Shown piece by piece: positions 19,131-26,769 of a stretch of DNA of 32,000 bases. The notes beneath the pieces were generated by a model that ran no database searches, was not told where the DNA came from, and worked only from the letters and a program-made list of their open reading frames with translations. Both the position numbers and the translations under genes were made by a program. Position 1 is the stretch's first letter; every line of letters starts with the position of its first letter. The stretch comes from Ktedonobacterales bacterium (lineage in GTDB: Bacteria; Chloroflexota; Ktedonobacteria; Ktedonobacterales; JADMIN01): contig CP126532.1 in NCBI GenBank assembly GCA_030167145.1, forward strand, positions 3,420,001 to 3,452,000, read 5' to 3'.

Positions 19131-19291
19131 GACCTTCTCCCATCCGGACTATACCGTCGGCTCTGGCTTCTCACCAGATCTGCGGCGCGCTCGCACGAAT
19201 ACATAACGAGGGCGCTGCTCGCGGGCTGGGCGCCTGCCACAATGGACGACGCCATACCGCCGGTCGGGAATTTCACCCTGCCCCGAAGGTC
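19131..19291 (-). promoter_or_regulatory. FMN riboswitch (RFN element) aptamer
   Basis: Minus-strand RNA: GACCUUCGGGGCAGGGUGAAAUUCCCGACCGGCGGUA...AGCCCGCGAGC...GAUCUGGUGAGAAGCCAGAGCCGACGGUAUAGUCCGGAUGGGAGAAGGUC. This matches the conserved RFN cores (CUUCGGGGCAGGGUG.AA.UCCCGACCGGCGGUA, AGCCCGCGAGC, GGUG..A..CC...GCCGACGGUAUAGUCCGGAUGGGAGAAGG) and closes with P1 GACCUUC/GAAGGUC. Confidence 0.92.
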
Positions 19292-19370
19292 ATTCTGTAG
19301 ATTCTGCCGAAACACGAGATGCGCGGGCCAGCGGGCGGTTGAAACCGCGCCTGAATGGCCTCTGGCCACG

Positions 19371-19390
19371 AAACCCGCCTGCGCGGGTTT
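19371..19390 (-). terminator. Small terminator-like hairpin after purS
   Basis: AAACCCGC-GCAG-GCGGGUUU lies immediately after the purS stop (19396..19398). The U residues are part of the stem. Confidence 0.4.
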
Positions 19391-19395
19391 GACAA

Positions 19396-19698
19396 TTAGC
19401 CCTGGCGCTCTTTGCGTTCGACAGTGAAATAATAGCTCTCGATGACCGGATTTGCCAAGAGGCGGTCGCACATCTGGCGGATAGCATTTTCAGCGGCGGC
19501 CTGATCTTCGGCGGCGAGGGTGACTTCGAGATATTTGCCGACACGCACGGCGCTCACGTCGTTGAAGCCAAGCTGATGCAGTCCAGTGAGCACGGCGTCG
19601 CCCTGGGGGTCGAGCACGACGGGTTTGAGGGTGACGTGGATGCGGGCAAGCCATGTGGTGGAGACGGCATCGGGCGTGGGCGTGGTGGTATCAGTCAT
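19396..19698 (-). CDS. purS: Phosphoribosylformylglycinamidine synthase subunit PurS
   Basis: ARIHVTLKPVVLDPQGDAVLTGLHQLGFNDVSAVRVGKYLEVTLAAEDQAAAENAIRQMCDRLLANPVIESYYFTVE is the canonical PurS pattern (V.lK..VlDPqG..v...L..lGf..v..vR.GK...l.........v...c.kLLaNpvIE.y). There is a ~15-aa N-terminal extension. Confidence 0.88.
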   Translation of the reverse strand: MTDTTTPTPDAVSTTWLARIHVTLKPVVLDPQGDAVLTGLHQLGFNDVSAVRVGKYLEVTLAAEDQAAAENAIRQMCDRLLANPVIESYYFTVERKERQG

Positions 19699-19746
19699 TG
19701 GGTGTGTCTTTCTCTATGGTTTGGGAACGGGCGTCCACCGGACGCC

Positions 19747-20094
19747 CTACGAAACGCCGCGCGCCTGGCGGCATTCGTCGCACATGCAGGTGGCACGGAG
19801 CCGTTCGTAGGTGTAAATGCCAGTGTGGTGGCCGTCGCCCCAGACGGGGGTGAGGCCGTAACGTCCCACCATCTGCAACTCATACAGCGTGGTCTGCTCG
19901 TTGGTGAACTGCGTAGTTGCGTCCACCGAGCCTTTCTGGCCGCCCTCACCCGCGCACCAGGCGCAGGGACAGCCGCGCCGCAACGCCTCGTAGGGGTGGA
20001 CGCTCTCGTGTCCATCGGTCCAGCTTATGAATAACGTGCCGTTCTCCTCATCCATCAGGTAGGAGGTGGGCATGACATCGTCGGGTAATCGCAT
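19747..20094 (-). CDS. DUF971 family protein (gamma-butyrobetaine hydroxylase N-terminal-like Zn-binding domain)
   Basis: LFISWTDGHESVHPYEALRRGCPCAWC...YGLTPVWGDGHHTGIYTYERLRATCMC matches DUF971 hallmarks (l.i.w.DGh.s.f....LR..CpCa.C; W.DGH..GiY....L). Confidence 0.7.
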   Translation of the reverse strand: MRLPDDVMPTSYLMDEENGTLFISWTDGHESVHPYEALRRGCPCAWCAGEGGQKGSVDATTQFTNEQTTLYELQMVGRYGLTPVWGDGHHTGIYTYERLRATCMCDECRQARGVS

Positions 20095-20200
20095 TTCCGG
20101 GTTCGCTCTCTCTTCGCCAGGATTGCGGCCATGAATGGCCAGCGCACGATGCTGTGGGCTGAAGCCCTGTGCGCTGCGCCAATGGCGCGCTGCATCTCTA

Positions 20201-21535
20201 TTATACGGCGTGGGGACGAGCGGGCAGCATACGCGCTGTGCGGCTCGCGCGCCAGACGAGCACGGCCTGCGCCAGCAGCAGCGCCAGCACAGCGGATCCG
20301 GCTAGCACACTGGTTTGGGGGGTCCAGTAGCTGGGGAACAGCATAGAATAGAGGTACTCGCTGCCCTCGCCGCAGAGGATGGCGCCCAGCGGCAGGGCGA
20401 AGCCGAGCGCCCAGCGCAAGCGTCCGCGCCAGCCATGCGTCACCAGTTCGGCATAGGCGAGCCACCAGATCGTAGCGAAGATATACACATCGAGGAAGTA
20501 GTACGGCCAGAGGGTTTTCATCAGCAGCGGGAAGCAGAGCGAGGCCAGCGCCAGCAGGGCGTAGATGTCGCGCGAATGAACGTCGAGGTCGCGGCGGATC
20601 AGCAAGGTTACAGCGGTGACCAGGCCAACGGCAAGAATGACGGCGAGGCTGTCGAAATGCAGCGCGAGATATTCCCAGGGCGTGTGGAGCGTGAGCAGCC
20701 AGAAGTTGCCGCCGCCAAGCACCAGCCTCCCCCGGTAGGTGACGAGCGAATAGATGGTGTGGGTGGGGTCGGCAAGGTAGAAGGGCAGCACGCCCAGCAG
20801 CGTGACGACGCCCGCCACGGGAACGAAGCGCAGACAGGCGCGCCAGCGCCCCCGGAAGAGCAGGGTGAGCGCCAGCACGAGCAGATACAGCGCGGCGGTG
20901 CTGCGAGTGAGCAGCGCCAGCCCCAGGAAGATGCCCGCTCTGGCGGGGCGGCGTTCTTCGAGGGCGCGCACGCCCAGCAACGTGAGCCAGAGCATCAGCG
21001 GTTCTTCGATGTGGCCGTAGAGCAAGACGCTGTGCCAGAGTTCCGGCGTCAGCAGCAGGGCGGCGTAGGCGAGCAGCCGCCACACGCCGCGCAGGGGGGT
21101 GGCGCGCAGCCGGTCGAGCGCGCGCACGGCCTCGCGGGAGAAGAGCAGCGTGAAGGTGGTGAAGGCGGTGGTGATCAACGCGCGGCGCAGGTCGGGATTA
21201 TCGAGCCAGCCGATGCGCTGTGCGACCCAGGCGAGCAGCGTAAGCGGGAGGATGCTGAGCGGGCCGTTAGCGTTGGGATAGTACGTGTCGTAGAGCACCT
21301 GATAGATGTCGAACGGGTGACCATTGAGGGCGATGCGGGCCGATGGCAGGAAGAAGGCGTCGAAGTCGGTGACGCCGATATGCTGGAGCGCGGTGAAGGC
21401 CCACAAGCCGAGGTAGAGCGCGATCAACAGAGTTATGCCCGCGCGCGTGCGCCACCGGCGGCGGTGGCCGATGGCGGGGCGTGTGTCGCCTTGAGAGACG
21501 GGCAGGTGCGCTGGCTCGCGCTTAGTAATCGCCAC
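20201..21535 (-). CDS. Polytopic membrane protein, GT-C-fold glycosyltransferase-like (DUF2029/GT87-like)
   Basis: More than 10 predicted TM helices. An N-proximal loop carries acidic residues (GVTDFDAFFLPSARIALNGHPFDIYQ) as in GT-C mannosyltransferase-like proteins. GTG start at 21535 with GGAG 5 nt upstream. The family assignment is by architecture and pattern only. Confidence 0.55.
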   Translation of the reverse strand: MAITKREPAHLPVSQGDTRPAIGHRRRWRTRAGITLLIALYLGLWAFTALQHIGVTDFDAFFLPSARIALNGHPFDIYQVLYDTYYPNANGPLSILPLTLLAWVAQRIGWLDNPDLRRALITTAFTTFTLLFSREAVRALDRLRATPLRGVWRLLAYAALLLTPELWHSVLLYGHIEEPLMLWLTLLGVRALEERRPARAGIFLGLALLTRSTAALYLLVLALTLLFRGRWRACLRFVPVAGVVTLLGVLPFYLADPTHTIYSLVTYRGRLVLGGGNFWLLTLHTPWEYLALHFDSLAVILAVGLVTAVTLLIRRDLDVHSRDIYALLALASLCFPLLMKTLWPYYFLDVYIFATIWWLAYAELVTHGWRGRLRWALGFALPLGAILCGEGSEYLYSMLFPSYWTPQTSVLAGSAVLALLLAQAVLVWRASRTARMLPARPHAV

Positions 21536-21737
21536 GTGCGCTCCATTGCTTCTGGCTCACGGTGAGCCGCTGTCAGAATTGGTTCTATTGTGCGATATGT
21601 GCGTGCGGCGCATCTACAACTGGTGTTGATGGCGTGGTCGTACCGCCAACAGTCCAGGATTGGTGACATTGTACCGCCTGCGCCGTTGCTGATTCTCTCC
21701 TACCTGTTGTCACGGCTTTTTTAGCATGGCAAGGCGC

Positions 21738-23318
21738 CTATTCGGATGATGGGACCCTTGCCCAGAGTTCAGCGCCAAGTGTCTCCACGTCTTCGACGAG
21801 CGCATCCACATCAGCTATCGTGGTTCGCGGATTCACATAGCAAGGGCGAATTACAAAAGCGCCATGCACAAATGTCCCCGAGGGCACACAACGCGCATCG
21901 TTCCATAGCTGATGAAGAATGGCGCGGTTGAGTTGGTTGAGGGTTGCTAGCGCCTCTGCATCGGTGCGCGAGCGCAAGGCAGGAGGTACATAACGGAAGC
22001 AGCAGATCGAAAGCGTGACCGGCGCCATCAGTTCAAGCACAGGCGAAGACTGCACGCATTGGGCCAAATGGCGGGCGAACGCATTATCTCGCTGAATACG
22101 AGCGCGCATGCCATCAACGCCGATTTCTTTCAGGATGGCCCATACCAGGGCGCCACGGGATGGTGCGGAATGCTCGACAGCGAAGTGGTGAAAGGGCGGG
22201 CCATAGTCGGTGTATTGCGAATGTGGCGTCGTGGCATCGGTGTGGCGAAGAAAGGACGATACATTCGCGCCTTCCAGATAGTCTGCGGGTTCTTCCGTGA
22301 AGGCGCGCTGTAGCAGATGCGCATCGCGAACAAAGACCGCGCCGCATCCTACCGGCGCCGCCAGCCACTTATGCGGGTCTACGGCGAGCGAATCAACGTC
22401 CGCTAGCATTCCATACAGATGGGCGACCTGTGGGTCGAGGATCCCAGGCAGGCCATATGCGCCATCTACATGGAACCAGATGTGGTACTCACGGCAAAGG
22501 GCCGCTAATTCGGGGAGTGGATCTATCGCGCCGGTGTTCGTTGAGCCAGCCACCCCGACGATAGCGACAGGAGTGTAGCCAGCAGCCAGATCCTGTTGGA
22601 GACGGTGTTTCAGTGATCCCAGGTCCATGCGCAGGGTGGCATCAGTCGGAATAGACACCACGGCGTGCCTGCCCAGTCCCAAAACACCAGCGGCACGATG
22701 CGCTGTGTGATGGATCTCGCTTGACGCATAAATACGTGGGTGCGGTATGGTAGCGACGCCATCACGCGCTGCATCGAGGCCAAGACGCTCGGCGGCATGT
22801 TGACGCGCCGCGCCCAATCCGACGAGGTTCGCGGTGGATCCGCCGCTGACGAACACGCCTTGATAGGTGGACGGTATATCAAACAATTCCGCAAGCCACC
22901 GCAGCGCAATCGTCTCAAGAAAGTTGAACGAGTGCGAGAAAATACGATTGGGGCCGGCGAGAGTAGCCGCTAGGGCTGTGGCGCTGGGTACAGTCGTAGG
23001 CATGCTGCCGACCCAGCCCGAAAAGCCCGGTGCTCCAATTGTCGAGCCATTCGGGACGATGACATCACGGAGCGTGGCAAGGACCACCTCGGCGCCATGT
23101 CCGGCAATCGGGAGTGGCTCGTCAAGGATAGCCGTCCACTCCGCACGCTTAGCGCCCGCCTGTTCAGGAATATCGAACTGGGTGAATTGCTCCAGGGCGG
23201 GTAAGAGCGTCTCGACAGCGGCAGTCAGTCCATCGGTTAGGCAGGTGTCTTTGTGTCCGAACAAAGAACGTGGGAAAGCGTGTGATCCATCGGCCAGGGC
23301 TACGACATTATCCATCAT
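21738..23318 (-). CDS. Pyridoxal-dependent decarboxylase, group II (aromatic-L-amino-acid / DABA / glutamate decarboxylase family); substrate unknown
   Basis: FVSGGSTANLVGLGAAR, WFHVDGAYG and the PLP-lysine motif VDPHKWLAAPVGCG. AGAGGAGGGG lies immediately upstream of the ATGATG start. Third codon positions are visibly A/T-richer than in neighbouring genes. Confidence 0.85.
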   Translation of the reverse strand: MMDNVVALADGSHAFPRSLFGHKDTCLTDGLTAAVETLLPALEQFTQFDIPEQAGAKRAEWTAILDEPLPIAGHGAEVVLATLRDVIVPNGSTIGAPGFSGWVGSMPTTVPSATALAATLAGPNRIFSHSFNFLETIALRWLAELFDIPSTYQGVFVSGGSTANLVGLGAARQHAAERLGLDAARDGVATIPHPRIYASSEIHHTAHRAAGVLGLGRHAVVSIPTDATLRMDLGSLKHRLQQDLAAGYTPVAIVGVAGSTNTGAIDPLPELAALCREYHIWFHVDGAYGLPGILDPQVAHLYGMLADVDSLAVDPHKWLAAPVGCGAVFVRDAHLLQRAFTEEPADYLEGANVSSFLRHTDATTPHSQYTDYGPPFHHFAVEHSAPSRGALVWAILKEIGVDGMRARIQRDNAFARHLAQCVQSSPVLELMAPVTLSICCFRYVPPALRSRTDAEALATLNQLNRAILHQLWNDARCVPSGTFVHGAFVIRPCYVNPRTTIADVDALVEDVETLGAELWARVPSSE

Positions 23319-23500
23319 CCCCTCCTCTTGCAGGCTCCTCAGTATTCGTCGTGTCTCGCCGTGTTCCTTGAGTTCCTTTTTGAGGCTCCTCTCGATATGA
23401 ACCGGTCAGCGGATGGACGTAAGGCCATCAATCGGTCTGTAGGCAATTGTACCTCATCCGTGAAGGGGTATTGAGTCCATATAAGCGATTGGCCTATCAA

Positions 23501-23529
23501 TTGACGAAGCGCAGCCACTAGACTATGAT
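23501..23529 (+). promoter_or_regulatory. Putative sigma70-type promoter for the 23656..26410 operon
   Basis: TTGACG (23501..23506), 17-nt spacer, TATGAT (23524..23529). About 125 nt upstream of the TTG start at 23656. Confidence 0.55.
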
Positions 23530-23655
23530 AGGCATCGTCTCCCGCATGGCATAGCGGCGCCCTCGGAGAAACCGTCCCAGTGCGGCTCCCGCTTCGAGAT
23601 CTCGCGTGTCACCATTGTTGTTGGTTAAGGAATCAAGGAAATCGGGGAGGATACA

Positions 23656-25194
23656 TTGGCACTCAGACGCGACCATAATCAATTCGTTACCTTAGCGCCG
23701 CGTACAACCGGCGTGCAGTCAACTCCACTGACGTTGGTTTCCCATACTGGGGGTGAATCAATAGCACTGGCGCATACAGCAATTGAATTTATTAGCCAGC
23801 TTGGCGTCTGCCAGATAGGGCGGGTGCTTGTCTTTGAGCCGCGTTCAGCGTTATTGGGACTGGCGCTGCGTGAAAATGGTTTTACGGGCGAGTGCTTTGC
23901 TTTGATGCGACGTGTTCTGCCATCATCACCGCAGATAGCCAGGGGGTTTGACGGGGTTCTTCTCGAAGACTGGCAACGGGGCCTCGATGAGGCGACCAAT
24001 GCGGATGAGGGAGCGAACGCCGCTTTCCCTCTCAGCGGCGAGAACGCGGCGACCACATTTCACCTGATAATCGCGCCGAATGTCCTTCGCTTCATGCCGG
24101 CGAGCGACGTTGTGCCTCTGCTCACCTGGCTGGCCAGTTTGCTGGAGCCTCGCGGGTATCTCATCTACAGCGAGCCAGACGCGGATTCCGCGCTTGGTGG
24201 CGTTGAGAAGCAGATGATCGAGGCAGGACTTTTGCTGGCAGCCGAGCCGGAGATCATCGAGGACGCATGGCCACAGGTGGTATTTATCTTTCAAAATCGG
24301 AGCAAGGCGGAGAGCCATGCAATCGGCGTCCTGCAGCGGTTCACCTGGCCAATGCTGGAGCACGACCCGGATTTGCGGCACTCAACGGTAGAAGCCTATC
24401 GTGAGGCGTTTGGCGATATTGAGTGGCGCGAGTGGCTGAGATGCACGCGCCCGTACTGCGGACGGCACTATGGCCGCGAGGAAGCCGCGCTCCTCAAGCC
24501 TCCGCATCGCTGCATTTGTGGGTGGTCAGAGCCACTAGAGCCTTACTATTCAGAGGAGATGGTGCTGGAGAAGCTTGCTAAGGAATTAGGCGATGATGAA
24601 CGTAGTTGCTGTTATCTGCGTCAGAACACCGATGGTGTGATAGCGGCATTCGGCTGGGGGTATCTCACCGACGACGAAACGATCATCACGGCGCTTCAAC
24701 CGCCACGCGATCACCTTGAGAATCTTCGCGCAAGCGTGAGGCAATGGCTGCAATCGGTACGGGGATTCTCTTCGGACGGAGAGCAGATTTACTACCATTC
24801 TGAAGAAGCAGTGCTCAAGGGCACACGCAGCCTCAGTCTGACGCGGGCCTTGTTTCATCGCGCTCTTCAGTTCGCCTGGGGTCGTGGGGCATGCCTGGTA
24901 GTACTGTATACCTCGCCACAATCGGGAGCATATGCTTTGCTTACCGGGATTGGGATGCAGATACTCCATCGGTATGATGCTCGTCAATATTCTGAGGAAT
25001 CATTGCTGTCTCCCTCAGAGACATTGGGCGAGTCGGAGCCTGATGAACGGGTAGTGCTTGGGGGCGAGATAGCCCATCTTCTTGGCATCTTGAGTCGGGA
25101 ATCTGACCGCCAGATCGCGGTTCGTATTGCCCATCGCTTACGAGAAGAGCGAGAGCGGGGAGGAAAGCATGAGAAACCTGACATCAGCGGGTGA
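23656..25194 (+). CDS. Fusion protein: class-I methyltransferase-like domain (degenerate SAM loop) + 4-Cys zinc-ribbon-like insert + GNAT-like acyltransferase domain
   Basis: TTG start with GGGGAGGA 5 nt upstream. N-terminal part: RVLVFEPRSALLGLAL...FHLIIAPNVLRFMPASDVVPLLTWLASLLEPRGYLIYSEP (Rossmann MTase motif I and post-II/III pattern, but lacking GxGxG). Middle: C-x4-C-x17-C-x-C (CTRPYCGRHYG...HRCICGW). C-terminal part: AVLKGTRSLSLTRALFHRALQFAWGRGACLVVLYTSPQSGAYALLTGIGMQIL (GNAT motif A/B-like). The assignment is by eye only. Confidence 0.5.
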   Translation: MALRRDHNQFVTLAPRTTGVQSTPLTLVSHTGGESIALAHTAIEFISQLGVCQIGRVLVFEPRSALLGLALRENGFTGECFALMRRVLPSSPQIARGFDGVLLEDWQRGLDEATNADEGANAAFPLSGENAATTFHLIIAPNVLRFMPASDVVPLLTWLASLLEPRGYLIYSEPDADSALGGVEKQMIEAGLLLAAEPEIIEDAWPQVVFIFQNRSKAESHAIGVLQRFTWPMLEHDPDLRHSTVEAYREAFGDIEWREWLRCTRPYCGRHYGREEAALLKPPHRCICGWSEPLEPYYSEEMVLEKLAKELGDDERSCCYLRQNTDGVIAAFGWGYLTDDETIITALQPPRDHLENLRASVRQWLQSVRGFSSDGEQIYYHSEEAVLKGTRSLSLTRALFHRALQFAWGRGACLVVLYTSPQSGAYALLTGIGMQILHRYDARQYSEESLLSPSETLGESEPDERVVLGGEIAHLLGILSRESDRQIAVRIAHRLREERERGGKHEKPDISG

Positions 25195-26410
25195 GCCGGG
25201 CGGATACGGGCGGCACGCGCCCCCAAAGGTGAATTGGTGGCTCCGCCTGACCAGCTCTGGCTGGGATAGCCCGCAACGCACAATTGAAGAGCGTGAAAAG
25301 GCGAGACGAAGCCGTCTTACGTCATGGATCATCTTCGGTTTGCTGATCGCTGACCTGCTTCTCATCCCTGTTGGCAGCGGTGATTCAAGCACTCTCGGCG
25401 CGGTGGCGGTTGTTGGATTTGGCCTGCTGTTTGCGGCTGCGCTCAACCGGTCGGGCTTCGTATCATTTGCTGGTGGGTTGATCGTATTGCTTATTTGTGC
25501 GGGAGTGATGGCATCGCTCGTGTCATTGCCCGATGGCCTGGATGTATTCAGCTTGCCCGCCTATGATCTGATGGCCATTGCCGTTGTTGTTGCCGCATCC
25601 CTGGTATCTCGTGGAGCGGCCTTTGCTGTCGCAGCGATGAACGTTGCGCTCATTGTAGCGGACTTCTTCCTGCAAACGCATGCGTCTGATCTGGTTCAGA
25701 GCGTGCAGACCTACGGGACTCTTGCTATCCTGGCACGGCCAATTGCCTTGCAAGTTATTCTCGCGGTGGTTGCCTATTTGTGGGTGCGCGGCACCGACGA
25801 GGCCATTCGCCGCGCCGACCGCGCCGAAGAAATTGCGGCGATGGAACATACTATCGTCGAACAGAAGCGCCAGCTCGACATCGGCGTGCAGCAGATTCTC
25901 GATACCCACGTGCGCGTGGCCAATGGTGATTTCAGCGCGCGGGCGCCCACGACGCAGGATAACGTGCTATGGCAGATCGCCGCGTCGCTCAACAATCTGT
26001 TGTCGCGGCTGCAAAAGTCTGGGCAGGCGGAGCATCAGTTGCGGCGCACTGAAGAAGAGATTTACCGGCTGGCGAGCGCCATCCGTGATGCTCAGTCTGG
26101 CCGCCGCCCTATCTGGCCTGCGCCGACGGGGACGGCAGCAGATCGTATCCTCGAACTGCTGGCGCGGCCATCTGTGCGCGAACCGCAGGGGCCACCCGCA
26201 CTGCCACCGCAGCGCCCCGGTAGCTTCCCCTCTGAGCCTGCCAGCGGCTACTATCCGAATGCGGGACCTCCGCCACAGATGCCACAGATGCCACAGTATC
26301 CGCCACAAATGCCGCAGCAGCAGTGGCCCGATCTGCGCCCACCATCCGCATCTCCTTCGCCGTCGCCATTCAGCAATCCGTGGGCGCTGCCAGCGGACCA
26401 GGAAAGCTGA
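25169..26410 (+). CDS. Polytopic membrane protein with cytoplasmic HAMP-like domain, coiled coil and Pro/Gln-rich tail (no recognisable output domain)
   Basis: ATG 25169 with GGAGGA 4 nt upstream; it overlaps the previous gene by 26 nt. About 5 TM helices, then VANGDFSARAPTTQDNVLWQIAASLNNLLSRL (HAMP pattern GDxSxR.p...DE.g.l...fN.m...L). The C-terminus contains PPPQMPQMPQYPPQMPQQQWP. Confidence 0.6.
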   Translation: MRNLTSAGEPGGYGRHAPPKVNWWLRLTSSGWDSPQRTIEEREKARRSRLTSWIIFGLLIADLLLIPVGSGDSSTLGAVAVVGFGLLFAAALNRSGFVSFAGGLIVLLICAGVMASLVSLPDGLDVFSLPAYDLMAIAVVVAASLVSRGAAFAVAAMNVALIVADFFLQTHASDLVQSVQTYGTLAILARPIALQVILAVVAYLWVRGTDEAIRRADRAEEIAAMEHTIVEQKRQLDIGVQQILDTHVRVANGDFSARAPTTQDNVLWQIAASLNNLLSRLQKSGQAEHQLRRTEEEIYRLASAIRDAQSGRRPIWPAPTGTAADRILELLARPSVREPQGPPALPPQRPGSFPSEPASGYYPNAGPPPQMPQMPQYPPQMPQQQWPDLRPPSASPSPSPFSNPWALPADQES

Positions 26411-26427
26411 CCGCGCGCCGTTCGCCG

Positions 26428-26457
26428 TTGACATCCGCCTCGCGCCGCGCCTAGAAT
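26428..26457 (+). promoter_or_regulatory. Near-consensus sigma70-type promoter
   Basis: TTGACA (26428..26433), 18-nt spacer, TAGAAT (26452..26457). About 55 nt upstream of ATG 26512. Confidence 0.6.
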
Positions 26458-26511
26458 GCCGCAAAGCCAGGGGGTCCGCTGCTGTGGAACCAGGAAAGAA
26501 AGGTGCGGCGC

Positions 26512-26760
26512 ATGGTCATTGAGGGCACAATTGTTTCCAAGGAGACGGGGCTTTCCGCGATCTTCGAGGGCGTGGAGCAGCCGTATGTGCGCTGCATGGT
26601 CGCCCGGCTGGAGAACCCCGATGTGCAGTCCGAGGCGCGCATCGTGGGGATCAGCGATCTGGCGATTCCGATTGGCGGCGTCGTGAAGTTGGAGGTGACG
26701 CGCGTCGTTACCGACCGCAAGGCAGGGGTAGTGCGCTTCGACTGTAAGCTGCTCAGTTGA
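26512..26760 (+). CDS. Small hypothetical protein (82 aa, beta-rich; possibly a hotdog-like fragment)
   Basis: MVIEGTIVSKETGLSAIFEGVEQPYVRCMVARLENPDVQSEARIVGISDLAIPIGGVVKLEVTRVVTDRKAGVVRFDCKLLS. GAAAGG lies 8 nt upstream. The stop is 9 nt before the DUF62 gene start. No family was recognised with confidence. Confidence 0.5.
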   Translation: MVIEGTIVSKETGLSAIFEGVEQPYVRCMVARLENPDVQSEARIVGISDLAIPIGGVVKLEVTRVVTDRKAGVVRFDCKLLS

Positions 26761-26769
26761 GGCGCGGCA

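Noticed and set aside
19131-19291. Initial impression of a cobalamin or SAM-I riboswitch (GGUGAAAUUCC, GGUGAGAAGCC)
   Set aside because: A full read shows the RFN-specific cores (CUUCGGGGCAGGGUG, CCGACCGGCGGUA, AGCCCGCGAGC, GCCGACGGUAUAGUCCGGAUGGGAGAAGG). No B12 box or SAM-I AGAGGG/kink-turn elements are present. It is called an FMN riboswitch instead.
20315-21565. 416-aa plus-strand ORF, and the 342-aa minus-strand ORF at 20055..21083
   Set aside because: These are shadow or alternate frames of the GT-C-like membrane protein gene. They are extremely Arg/Glu/Gln/Ala-rich with no TM or domain pattern, and no RBS is evident.
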